A stretch of 64,000 nt of DNA from Candidatus Parcubacteria bacterium. Its GTDB lineage: Bacteria > Patescibacteriota > Patescibacteriia > Patescibacteriales > BM507. This document shows, in pieces, positions 17,214-28,400 of the stretch. The stretch lies in assembly GCA_002869265.1 (NCBI GenBank), contig PKTH01000036.1:168525-232524 (forward strand), read 5' to 3'. The notes under the pieces are model-generated. The model was not told the origin of the DNA and did no database searches. It saw only the letters and a program-made list of their open reading frames with translations. The translations under genes were made by a program, and so were the position numbers. Each line of letters begins with the position of its first letter. Positions within the stretch are counted from its first letter, which is position 1.

Positions 17214-18920
17214 ATGGTAAATCCAAACATTAGTTTAAAAAAAGACAAAGCACCAACCCTTACTCCTGACGCTAAGGCGCTTTTTAGAGCTGTTTATCGT
17301 GATGAGGGGAATGAAGAAGAGGCTAGTTCTAACGTCCCGAAAATAAAGGTCTCAACGCTAATTTCTAAAATGGCTTTTTACTATGAAAAGATTAGAAATT
17401 CAGTTGATTATAAAGAGGAGTATCTCCTAAGAAAAAACGCTATTGAAAGAATACTTAGAAGAGAAATTGTGATTCAGGGATCTTTTAAGTTTAGGAAAGT
17501 CGAGAGTGCAGAGGTTTCAAAAAGCCTTTTAACTGATTTGATCCGAGCTGGATATCTACCAAATAATAAAATTCCAGAATCAAAAATAGATGAGATAGCC
17601 TTGATTATAAAAAAATACATCCAGTTAAAAGCGGTAAGTATTCAGAAGATTAGACCGGCTGATTACTTGAAGAAAGGAGATGTAAACAAGGCAAATGAAT
17701 TATTAAATATAAGAAACGAGTTAGCAACTTGGATTTTAGCGGTTGCAGCAAGTGACATAGAAGATAGATTAAAGATTGGTACTGTTGATAAGGTTATTAC
17801 TGAAAACATGTACAAAGAGATATCCAAGACAGTTCAGTTGCCAGATGACACAAAGTATAATAAAGACTTGGAAATACAAGTTCTTTTGAGTATTTATAGA
17901 AACTACTTAAAATATGACCGAGATATGCTTGGGCATGTTTTAATGAAGTATTATGAAGGGGATATTGCTAAAATGGATGATCGTGACATCGAAAAGATTG
18001 CTCACAACATGATGAAGTTCAGATCTTTAATAGACTCTCAGATTGATCACCCACTAACAAACCAGTTAAATAGAATAGCTTCCAGATATACTGTTTTTTT
18101 CTCAATATTAAAAGAGGTTTTGTCAGATGGACCTGAAGAGGTCTATAACAATATAGTAAAAGATCCTAAATCATTCCCAAGACATATTAAAAGAGTTTGT
18201 GAAAGAATTTATGGCTCGACCAGGAAGAAGTTGTGGCGAGCTGCTATGAGAAGTTTTGTATATATTTTCTTAACGAAATCAGTTCTTGCTGTGATACTTG
18301 AAGTGCCAGCTACTAAATTTTTTGGAGAAGAGCTGAATTTTATTTCTCTGGCAATTAATGTTTCTTTCCCAGCATTGTTACTTATTTTTGTCGTTGCTAT
18401 AACTAAAAAACCAAATGATGAAAATACGGCTAAAATTGTAGACGGGATAAATCAGGTGTTTTTTGAAGAAGCTCAAGATCAAGACAAAATAAAACTAAGA
18501 AAACCTTCAAAAAGGAGAAGTACAGTTAAAAACTTTATATTCGCAGTTCTATACACCATAACTTTCTTCACTTCATTCGGAGCAGTTCTATGGGTCCTAG
18601 ATAAGATTCATTTCTCATGGGTCAGTATGGTGATATTTATGTTCTTCTTGGCCTTTGTTAGTTTCTTTACAATCAGGATTAGGAAGAGCACAAATGAGCT
18701 GTTGGTCGTTGAACCAAAAGAAAGTATATTTGGCTTGTTCTCAGATTTCTTTTATGTTCCAATAGTAGCATCTGGAAAATGGTTAAGTGAAAAATTCGAC
18801 AAAGTAAATGTCTTTGTCTTTGTCCTAGATTTTATTATTGAAGCTCCATTCAGGATGTTTGTGGAGATTACTGAAGAATGGACCAAATATGTGAAAGAAA
18901 GAAGGGACGAGATAGTTTAA
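17214..18920 (+). CDS. Hypothetical large membrane protein (soluble N-terminal half, multi-TM C-terminal half)
   Basis: 568-aa ORF. TM helices lie after about residue 340. No family recognised. Confidence 0.6.
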   Translation: MVNPNISLKKDKAPTLTPDAKALFRAVYRDEGNEEEASSNVPKIKVSTLISKMAFYYEKIRNSVDYKEEYLLRKNAIERILRREIVIQGSFKFRKVESAEVSKSLLTDLIRAGYLPNNKIPESKIDEIALIIKKYIQLKAVSIQKIRPADYLKKGDVNKANELLNIRNELATWILAVAASDIEDRLKIGTVDKVITENMYKEISKTVQLPDDTKYNKDLEIQVLLSIYRNYLKYDRDMLGHVLMKYYEGDIAKMDDRDIEKIAHNMMKFRSLIDSQIDHPLTNQLNRIASRYTVFFSILKEVLSDGPEEVYNNIVKDPKSFPRHIKRVCERIYGSTRKKLWRAAMRSFVYIFLTKSVLAVILEVPATKFFGEELNFISLAINVSFPALLLIFVVAITKKPNDENTAKIVDGINQVFFEEAQDQDKIKLRKPSKRRSTVKNFIFAVLYTITFFTSFGAVLWVLDKIHFSWVSMVIFMFFLAFVSFFTIRIRKSTNELLVVEPKESIFGLFSDFFYVPIVASGKWLSEKFDKVNVFVFVLDFIIEAPFRMFVEITEEWTKYVKERRDEIV

Positions 18921-18933
18921 TAAAAAAATATAT

Positions 18934-19209
18934 ATGGAAAATAAATTTCAAAATTGTTTAAAAAAGAAAGAAAAAGTCATAGGAAGCATCGCTTCTTTTT
19001 TAGCTATCGTTATGTTCGTAGCACTGATAGAGGTATTTATGTCAAATTTAAGAGGTGATAGCAGGATAATAATACAACCTTTAGCAACAGCCTTTAATGG
19101 GTTCTTTTGGAGTCTTTATGCTTACGGCAGAAAGGACTATTTTTTGTTAGTTCCGAATCTTTTAGCACTTATCCTTGGAGCTTTAACTGTGGTATCGGTT
19201 TACGTTTAG
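18934..19209 (+). CDS. SemiSWEET-like (MtN3/PQ-loop) 3-TM transporter
   Basis: 91 aa with three TM. FFWSLYAYGRKDYFLLVPNLLALILGAL fits the SWEET pattern W..YG...D......N..G. Confidence 0.55.
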   Translation: MENKFQNCLKKKEKVIGSIASFLAIVMFVALIEVFMSNLRGDSRIIIQPLATAFNGFFWSLYAYGRKDYFLLVPNLLALILGALTVVSVYV

Positions 19210-19212
19210 TAT

Positions 19213-19968
19213 ATGTCAATATTATATATAGTAGCAACACCAATTGGTAATTTGGAAGATATTAGTTTAAGAGCACTTCGCATATTGGGCGAAGTGGATT
19301 TTATTTTATGTGAAGATACTAGAGTAACCGGTGTTTTATTAAATAGATATGATATTAAAACAAAGACTATTTCTTTTCATCAGCATTCTGAAGATAAAAA
19401 AATAGACAATCTTTTGAGTTTGTTAGAGGAGGGGAAAAATCTGGCTTTGGTTTCCGATGCTGGCACTCCTGGAATTTCTGATCCAGGTGGAAAACTAGTT
19501 CAAGCTGTCATAGATAAATTTGGACAGGATGTTTCGATAGAATCTGTTCCAGGCCCTTCGGCTGTTACCGCCGCTCTTTCAATTTCAGGGATTCCAACGG
19601 ATAAATTTGTTTTCCTAGGATTCCCTCCACACAAAAAGGGCAGGATGACTTTTATAGACAAAATATTCGATTCAGAATTGCCCGTGGTAGTTTATGAATC
19701 AAAGCATAGAATAATAAAATTTTTAGAAGAATTAAAGGAGCATAACAAAGAGATAATAGAGCACAACAAAAGAGTAGAAATGGAATTTGTAAAGTCGAAA
19801 GATATTGAAGCAAGGAGGAAGGCAACAGTTTCGTCAGTGGTGGTTTGTCGAGAGCTTTCTAAAATGCACGAGACAGTTTACCGTGGAGATATAGATCACA
19901 TATTAGATAAAATACGAGACAACAAAGACGACCAGAGAGGCGAGTTTGTTGTTATTGTTGGAAAATAG
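19213..19968 (+). CDS. rsmI: 16S rRNA (cytidine1402-2'-O)-methyltransferase RsmI
   Basis: LYIVATPIGNLEDISLRALRILGEVDFILCEDTR. GTPGISDPG. Has a K/E-rich insert near the C-terminus. Confidence 0.9.
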   Translation: MSILYIVATPIGNLEDISLRALRILGEVDFILCEDTRVTGVLLNRYDIKTKTISFHQHSEDKKIDNLLSLLEEGKNLALVSDAGTPGISDPGGKLVQAVIDKFGQDVSIESVPGPSAVTAALSISGIPTDKFVFLGFPPHKKGRMTFIDKIFDSELPVVVYESKHRIIKFLEELKEHNKEIIEHNKRVEMEFVKSKDIEARRKATVSSVVVCRELSKMHETVYRGDIDHILDKIRDNKDDQRGEFVVIVGK

Positions 19969-19969
19969 C

Positions 19970-20401
19970 ATGGGTGAATTTCAAAAATTTTTTGTTAGTC
20001 AAGTTGGTATTTTAATAAGAGACAGCAAGTGTTTAATTCTGGAGTTTTCTAAATCACCTGGTAAATGGGGGCTTCCAGGAGGAAGAGTCGATGAAGGTGA
20101 GGGAAAAGAAGAAGCTTTTCGGAGAGAAATAAAAGAAGAATTAGGGATCGATGAATTTCAAATCCATAACACAGTTGATTATGATTTATTCTATGTTAGA
20201 CCATCAAAGACGGTATGTGGAATAGTCTCTTATATTGAAAACAGCTCCTCTGAAATTATTCTCAGCGATGAACACAAAAGCTTCGCATGGGTTACTGAAG
20301 ATGAGTTAGATAATTACAATTTTATTTGGCCAACTCTTTCTAATATGATAAAAAAGGGATTTGAATATAATGAAAAAAATAAAATTAAAAAAGCACAATA
20401 A
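19970..20401 (+). CDS. NUDIX hydrolase
   Basis: Nudix box GGRVDEGEGKEEAFRREIKEELGI. ATG 19970 is preferred over the overlapping upstream start at 19946. Confidence 0.85.
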   Translation: MGEFQKFFVSQVGILIRDSKCLILEFSKSPGKWGLPGGRVDEGEGKEEAFRREIKEELGIDEFQIHNTVDYDLFYVRPSKTVCGIVSYIENSSSEIILSDEHKSFAWVTEDELDNYNFIWPTLSNMIKKGFEYNEKNKIKKAQ

Positions 20402-20403
20402 AT

Positions 20404-21825
20404 ATGAAAAATAAATACTATATTACGACAACCCTGCCTTATGTGAACTCTAGTCCGCATATTGGTTTTGCAGCAGAAGTTATCCGGGCCGATGTTTTGG
20501 CTCGTTATAATAGGCAATTAGGAAATGATGTATTTTTTAATACTGGAACAGATGAACATGGCTTAAAAATCTTTAGAAATGCTGAAGAGCAGGGGGTGAC
20601 CGCTCAGGAATACTGCGATGGTTTCGCGGCTGAATTTACGAAACTCAAAGAAACTCTCAATCTTAGCTTTGATAATTTTATTCGAACTACTGATGAATAT
20701 CACATAAAAGCAGCTCAGGAGTTCTGGAAGCGATGTGAAGCTAACGGAGATATATATAAGAAAAATTATAAAGTAAAATATTGTGTAGGTTGTGAGCTAG
20801 AGAAAACTGAGTCAGAGTTGGTCGATGGCAAGTGTCCAGTGCACCCTAATCAGGAGATTGAAGAAATTGAAGAGGAGAATTATTTTTTTAGATGGTCAAA
20901 TTATCAAGAAAAATTATTAAAACTATATAAAGATAATCCTGATTTTGTTATCCCTAAACACAGGCTAACTGAAATTAAAAATTTTGTGGAGTCAGGGTTG
21001 AATGACTTCTCTATTTCAAGGTTAAAAGAAAAAATGCCTTGGGGAATTTCTGTCCCAGGGGATGAAGACCACGTAATGTATGTTTGGTTTGACGCGCTCA
21101 CTAATTATGTAAATACATTAGGCTGGCCAGAGGGGGAAAATTTTAAAAACTTTTGGCCCGGGATGCAAGTTGCCGGGAAAGATAATCTAAGACAGCAGTC
21201 AGCCATGTGGCAAGCTATGCTTATGTCAGCGGGACTAGCGCCCTCTGAACAAGTTCTTATTTTCGGTTTCATCACATCTGGAGGACAAAAAATGAGTAAA
21301 AGTCTTGGGAATGTTATTAACCCTATAGAATTGGTAGAAAAATATGGCATAGCGGCTGTAAGGTATTTTCTTTTGTCTGAGCTGGTTCCTTTTGAGGATG
21401 GTGATTTCACAATAGAAAAATTTGAAGAAGCATACAATGTAAACCTGGCTAATGGCCTTGGTAATCTTGTCTCTAGAACCGCTAATCTGATAGGGAAGAA
21501 TGAGATCGAAATAGATATTAAAGAAAACTCGGATAAGGATTTTGAAGGGAATGTTAAAAAGAAAATGGATATATACAGGTTTGATGAGGCAATGAGGGTT
21601 ATTTGGGGAAAGATTAAGGAGAGTGATGAGTTCTTGAGCAATAAAGCTCCTTGGAAGATGGAGGATAAGCAAGAAATAAAAGAGGTACTTGAGATTGTTG
21701 CTCAGAATGTTTTGAATATAGCATATCATCTTAAACCATTCTTGCCAGGGATCGCAGAAAAAATCACAGAGCAATATACGCAAAAACAAATTACAAAGGG
21801 AGATCCGATGTTTCCCCGGGTTTAG
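20404..21825 (+). CDS. metG: Methionyl-tRNA synthetase (short form, no C-terminal tRNA-binding domain)
   Basis: 473 aa. HIGH-type PYVNSSPHIGFA. KMSKS. Zn knuckle CVGC..CPVH. Confidence 0.95.
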   Translation: MKNKYYITTTLPYVNSSPHIGFAAEVIRADVLARYNRQLGNDVFFNTGTDEHGLKIFRNAEEQGVTAQEYCDGFAAEFTKLKETLNLSFDNFIRTTDEYHIKAAQEFWKRCEANGDIYKKNYKVKYCVGCELEKTESELVDGKCPVHPNQEIEEIEEENYFFRWSNYQEKLLKLYKDNPDFVIPKHRLTEIKNFVESGLNDFSISRLKEKMPWGISVPGDEDHVMYVWFDALTNYVNTLGWPEGENFKNFWPGMQVAGKDNLRQQSAMWQAMLMSAGLAPSEQVLIFGFITSGGQKMSKSLGNVINPIELVEKYGIAAVRYFLLSELVPFEDGDFTIEKFEEAYNVNLANGLGNLVSRTANLIGKNEIEIDIKENSDKDFEGNVKKKMDIYRFDEAMRVIWGKIKESDEFLSNKAPWKMEDKQEIKEVLEIVAQNVLNIAYHLKPFLPGIAEKITEQYTQKQITKGDPMFPRV

Positions 21826-21860
21826 GTTTTGGCCAATTAAATAAATATAACAAAAATTTT

Positions 21861-22376
21861 ATGTCTATATTTGATACCATTTTACTTATCTCTTGGGCGG
21901 GTTTTGTTTTTTACGGTTTATTTTTTGGATTTATTAGAATGATTGGTAATTTTATTGGTCTGATAGTTGGTGTTTTTCTGGCAAGCAGACTTTATTTACA
22001 ATTCTATGAGTCTTTTGATTACCTATTTGGTTCTTATGAGGGGCTGGGAAAGATAATCTCATTTATTTTTCTTTTTGGAATTATTTCAAAATTAGTTAGC
22101 TTCGGTTTTGCTATCGTCGAGAAGATATTCAACCTTTTGACAATAATTCCATTTTTGAAGTCATTCAATAAATTAGGCGGAGCAATTCTAGGGTTTTTTA
22201 TTGGTGGGGTTGTAATAGGCCTGATTCTTTATTTAGGAACAAAGCATTTTATTATAGAGAGTTTATTGGGCTCAGCTTTAGCTAATTCGCAGATTGCACC
22301 GATTATGATATTTTTTGCTAAACTGGTTATGCCACTCTTGCCTGAAGCAGTGAAAATGATGAAGTCATTGATTTAG
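21861..22376 (+). CDS. CvpA-family membrane protein
   Basis: 171 aa with 4 TM. CvpA-like N-terminus (FDTILLISWAGFVFYGLFFGFIR). Confidence 0.5.
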   Translation: MSIFDTILLISWAGFVFYGLFFGFIRMIGNFIGLIVGVFLASRLYLQFYESFDYLFGSYEGLGKIISFIFLFGIISKLVSFGFAIVEKIFNLLTIIPFLKSFNKLGGAILGFFIGGVVIGLILYLGTKHFIIESLLGSALANSQIAPIMIFFAKLVMPLLPEAVKMMKSLI

Positions 22377-22407
22377 TTGGCTAGTTTTTGAGTACAATAA
22401 ATTAAGT

Positions 22408-22437
22408 AAAAACTAGTGTCAATTACACTAGTTTTTT
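22408..22437 (+). terminator. Intrinsic terminator
   Basis: ACTAGTGT-caatt-ACACTAGT followed by TTTTT. Confidence 0.7.
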
Positions 22438-22491
22438 AATTGACATTGAGCTATTTAGAGTGTTGTAGTAGATAGTAAAAAATGTTAATAT

Positions 22492-25400
22492 ATGATTAAG
22501 AAAAATAAAACCCTCATGTTTAAATATTGGCTAAAAAGAGCTAAGATATTTTTTAAGTTATATTATAGAAGAACACTCCTAGCAAGTAAGGACTTGAGGA
22601 GTGTTTTATTTTCCTCAACATCAGATAATTACCTTAGGGTAGAGTCTTGTCGAAAAGAACAAGATGGTCATATCAAATGCACCTTCACTGCTAACTTTAA
22701 ATCCTACAGAGCCCTAAAGAGATTTCAGAAGAGATTGAGGACGGCTACTCTTGGAACTGGCTCTATTGTGTCTATAGCGGTACTTTTTTTTATCACCGGT
22801 TGGTTTACATCTAATAATTTAGGTTTTCTAGATGCTGCTACTTATGACTATACTCAAGGCTCTTGGTCAGGGGGTTTATCAGGAGAAGTAGCTTGGCATC
22901 CTTTTGATAATTGGGACCATTATTCTTCTAGCTCGGATAATATAAAAATAGATACAAATGGATACTTTAGCTTGGCTACTACAACTAATTTAGAAATCCA
23001 TACTAATTACACAGACTTTAGCACTACGACTGCTATTTTTAGCCAAGCCACTACTACCGATCAATCCGGAGATGTTGGGATAAAACTAAATAAAGTATCA
23101 GGAACATACACCTTAGTGCAGACTGATGATGGAGCAACCACAACTTCTCCAACTTCGGATTTTAACGACGCTCACACAGCCAATAAGGGTGGTTGGGGCA
23201 ATAGAGGGGCAGGTGCTTTTCTAAATACTCTGCAAAATGGAGTGAGTGGAGAAGGGGCGAGTATTGGCCTAAGTTCTGTGGAGTTTGGTCAATTTAGTAG
23301 ATCATTGAGTCATGTATGTGCTATAAATAATTTGAGTGGCAAAATGTTTTGCTGGGGGGCTAACAGTGATGGGCAAATTGGTAATGGCACTTATTCTTTA
23401 AATGCAAAAGAATATATACCAGATGAGGTAGAAGGCGGGCATTTTTGGATTGATGTTGACACTAGTCACAAGGTTACTTGTGCTATTAGGGTGGATAACA
23501 AAATACTATGTTGGGGTAGTAATATAAGCCGCCAATTAGGCGATTCGTCAATACTAGGAAAGGCTCTTTTTCCGAACGAGGTAGTTGGAGGTAAGTTTTG
23601 GGAGAAGTTGTCTGTTGGCAATAATCATGTTTGTGCTATCGAAAAAGATACTAAAGAATTGTATTGTTGGGGGTTGAATGGTTATGGTCAATTAGGTTTA
23701 AATGACACTGATTATAGAGATAACCCCACCTCGCTAAGCACTGGAAAGAAATGGATTGATATTCAGAGCGGAGTTGATTTTACTTGTGCTATTGATGACT
23801 CTAATGTTGCTTATTGCTGGGGGAGAGGATATGCAGGAGAGCTTGGAGTAGGTGATGAAAATGATAGACTTGTCCCAACAATTGTTGAAGGTGGACACCT
23901 TTGGTCAAAAATAAGCAATGGTGCAGGTCATACTTGTGGAATATTGAGAGATGGTGGGAAAATGTACTGTTGGGGCAATGATAGTTATGCTCAGTTAGGG
24001 AATGGTGATACAGTAGGGAACTATTCTTCGCCTCTAAAAATAAGTGATGAAGAATGGACACATATTTCATCTGGGGGATTATCGAGTTGTGCGATTAAAA
24101 AAAGTGATAATCAGATTTATTGCTGGGGTTTAGGTTCCAGTTATGGGCTCGGGAATGGAGAGTTGGTCAACAAACAAGATCCAACTCCGGTTCTAAGTGG
24201 TGAAGAATGGAAAGACGTGTCTTTCGGTGACTATGGAGCATGTGGTTTACGGACAAATGATAATACTTTAATGTGCTGGGGTAATGGTTTCTCAGGTCAG
24301 AATGCAACGAATTCATTTGATGACAAGCCCATCCCCACGAGTATTCAAGGAGCATATTTACCTGTATATTGGGATTGGACAGATTTTGATGTCGGATATC
24401 AAGCTTCATGTGCCAGAAGGAATAACGATCAAACTTATTGTTGGGGCCTTAAAAACTATGGTGTTTTGGGTGATGGAGATACAAGTCCTGGTGTAGAATA
24501 CCTCCCAACTCTAACAAGCGGCACTTACTCGAAGATTTCAATTGGTCATGAACATGTATGCGCTATTGAAGAAGGGACAAATTTTTTATACTGCTGGGGA
24601 TCTTATGGATCGGGGAGGCTTGGTCTTGGTGATACCGGTAATGAAAATATTTTTGTGCCCACAAAAGTAACTGGCACCTGGAAAGATGTATCCCCTGGTG
24701 ATAACCATACTTGCGCTATTGATATGAACGATTTAGCTTATTGTTGGGGAAATGGGGCCGTTGGCGCACTGGGGCAAGGTATTGCCGACATAGAAGATAA
24801 ATTAGTTCCAACTCAGATTTTAGGAGGCATTGCCTGGAGCAAGATAGTAGCTGGTGATAATTTTAATTGTGGAATTGAAAAAACAACTGGTCATCTCTAT
24901 TGCTGGGGCTGGGGGCAGTACGGAAGACTCGGTATTGCTATTGGTGATTCAGACAATAGATATGAGCCAACCTTGATATCCAGTGACTTTTGGATTGACT
25001 TAAGCTCTATTGATGATCATGCTTGTGCAATAGACTCTAACAAGGATCTTTATTGCTGGGGATATGGACTTAGTTATAGGCTGGGTAATGGCTCTCCGAC
25101 TAGTAAGTATATTCCCACCGAGATCACTGATTCTGGTAAAAAATGGAAGAGTGTTTCTGCTGGAGCTCAGCACACATGTGCTATTGAAGATGTCACAGAG
25201 AAGGCTTATTGTTGGGGAGAAGGCAATAATGGACGACTGGGCAATAACGATATAACAGAGGCAGATCAGCCAACACCTGTTTTGGTTTATGGGAATAAGT
25301 CATGGGAAAAAATATCTTCTGGTGGTTATATGACTTGTGGTCTAGAGAAAAATACAAATAAAGTTTTCTGCTGGGGTAATGGAGCATATTTAAGTTTGAA

Positions 25401-28400
25401 TGAAACAGTGTCAGGAACAGACTATGTAGTCCCCACTGAAATTCACGGATCTTTTACTCCGGCCCCACCTCACGAGATAAAAACAAATATTATTTTTAAC
25501 AATAGTGGTTCCTATACTTCCTACATGGACTCAGAAGGTAACCCTGCTTGGAATGCTCTGCGTCTCTCGAAGGGTGATACTCTCGGGGTAACTAACACTA
25601 GTTTAAATATTTCAATTATTTCTGCTAGCTCCTCTGTTGACATCCCTGTTTTCCCAACATCAGGTAATTGTTATCAAGCAGGAATATCGGCTAATACTGA
25701 AACTACAAATTTTGACATATCAGGCTGTGCTGGATCTGAGCAATACTTATGGTACAAAGTAGATTTCACACCATCACCAGATTTTAGTGCCTCACCACTC
25801 CTTGAAGACATCACGGTTAGCTCTGACGTTACTCTTTTTGATAACTTCCTCCTAGGCACATATTCATCTCCAGTAATTAATACTAATTCTCCAACAGTTG
25901 ATGGGGGAATAAATATTTCATGGAATGCTACCACTTCTGGTGGTTCGGTTGAATTCATGGTAGCCTCGGCTGATTCAGATACAGGTCCTTGGACATTTAT
26001 GGATAAAACCGGCGCTAGCCCCGCTGATTGCTCTGGGGGAGGGTGCTATACCCTTAATTCAGGCGATGTTTTGAGTGCTCATCACAATGGTAAACAATAT
26101 TTCCGCTACAAGGCATTTCTCGAAGCTCCAGATGGCTCTTCTAGCCCAGTACTCAATGATGTCACTCTAAGTTATGATAGCTATCCAACAGATGATCAAT
26201 ATCTAATATCATCTGTATTTAACACTCAAGATGCCGCTAATCTAATTGGTGAAGTTGGTCTCAAGTGGAATTCTTTTCCTGATAATACAGACATTAGAAT
26301 GCAAGTGAGGACTAGTCCAGATAATAATACTTGGTCTCCCTGGTGTGGAGAGACTAATACTTGTGATGGCTCTGATTACTATACTTTCTCCTCTGCCTCT
26401 CCTGGAGAATATATTTATGATGTCATAGATGGCCACCCCATTCAAAATGATCTAGATGATCAATTTTTCCAATACAAGATCACCCTAAATTCAGATGGAC
26501 AATATACTCCTGTAGTAACTGAAGCTGATGTCACTTACGTTATCAACGCTCCACCAATATTTGAGAGTGATTATCCCAACGCAGGAGATGATGGTGTAGG
26601 AGCCTCACAGGTCTTTAAAGTAGTTGTTATTGACTATGCCATCCAGGACCCTGATACTGTTACCGCCACTATCACTCCCTCATACCACTACTCTCTAGAC
26701 TCTGGTAATACTTGGAGTGAAGTAATCGAAGATGGTTTCACCATCACTGCTCTTGGGGACCAGGACGTTACTAACCAATCTTCTGAGCCATATACTTTTG
26801 AATACTACTCATATGACTGGGAAGCAGCAGCTGAGATCGGTTTTGACGCCTCAACCACTGAGGCCATTATTAAAATTGTTGCCAATGACGGGGATGCGGC
26901 TAATGCAATTTCTGAGGCTACCAGCACAACATTTACTCTCAATACCAGCGCTCTCTCTAATGCTACCGCTACTCAAACACCAGAAGATACAGTTAGAAGA
27001 GGCTATGTTTTAGTTAACTATGACTACGATATCGCTCCAAGGATGAGCGCTTCAACTACAGTTGAGCTATTCTACTACCAGAACGGTTTATACGTTCCAG
27101 CTAATACTGTCCAGGCTGATGCTGGTCTAGGAGTAACTAGTGGAGCTGGAAAAGAGATAGAATGGATTGCTCGTGATGATTGGGGAGGAGTAGCTACTAC
27201 TACCAATGTCAAAATTAAAATCACATATTCAGGCGTAGAAATCCATAGTGAGGAAATAATTTCTAGTGATTTTGAACTAGATACAAAGGCTCCAGATTTC
27301 ACATTTTTTGATACAGTAAATGAGGAATACTACCCAACATATATTACCGCCAGTACCAGTCCAGGTACTGTGCACTTCTCCCCAGTAGATGATAATGCTA
27401 TTCACTATAAACTAAGTGAAGATGATGATTTTTCGAACGAAAGCTGGGAAGATTTAGTTATCCTAACTACTTATTCGCTCACTAACCCAGATGAGATCTA
27501 CACTATATTTAGAGATGAGTTTGATAACATTAGCGCTACCACGACTTCTATCACTCCAGAGCAAACAATCTACGCCATGATCCAAGATACCTCAAATCTA
27601 TTACCTGAGAATGATCTAGAAAAAGAATATCGACTGTTTCTGGCTTGGCGAGAAGTGGCTGAGCCGGCTAATGGTTTTCGCGAATACCGCGTATATTACA
27701 GAGACAATGACTCTGGGCCATTTATTTTTCTGGATAATGTAATCAGGAAGAGTGATAATTATTATGGAGACAATAGTTTAAGCCTGGACCAACAAAGATA
27801 TTATCGGGTAAGCACTGTTGATAACAAAGGAAATGAATCTTATCTCTCAGAAATATTAGTTGGACGAGCTAACGGTATACTAGACGAAGGCGAAGGAGGA
27901 ACTCCAGCTAGAGGAGAAGATGCCGTACCACCAGAGATATCAGCTGTCGCTACTTCATCACTATATACCACTCAAGTGACTATCACCTGGGATACTAATG
28001 AAATCTCTAACTCTATTGTAGAGTATGGCACCTCACCAGGGGATTTCTCCCTAGCCACCAAAACAATTGCTACTATGCGAGATGATAATGACAATCTCGG
28101 TGAACATGTTGTGATACTCTCAGGTCTAGAACCCAACACTGACTACTATTTTCAAGTTAAGTCCAGAGACGCTCTGGCTAACACTGGCTTTGCAAAGAAC
28201 GGGGGACTAGGTTATCATTTCAGAACCCCCACAGGACCTACCATTGAAATATCTCCAAGCGTAATGACCGGTACTCTAAAGAACTCAACAGTTACTATTA
28301 TCTGGAATACTGATATTAATTCAGACTCTTCGGTATATTATTCTACTTCACCTACCTTCACTACTTTTGATACATTCTCTGTTGATAATGATACTCAGAG

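Noticed and set aside
21105-21789. Antisense ORFs (178 aa and 184 aa) opposite metG
   Set aside because: They are shadow ORFs inside a conserved aminoacyl-tRNA synthetase gene and carry no start signals.
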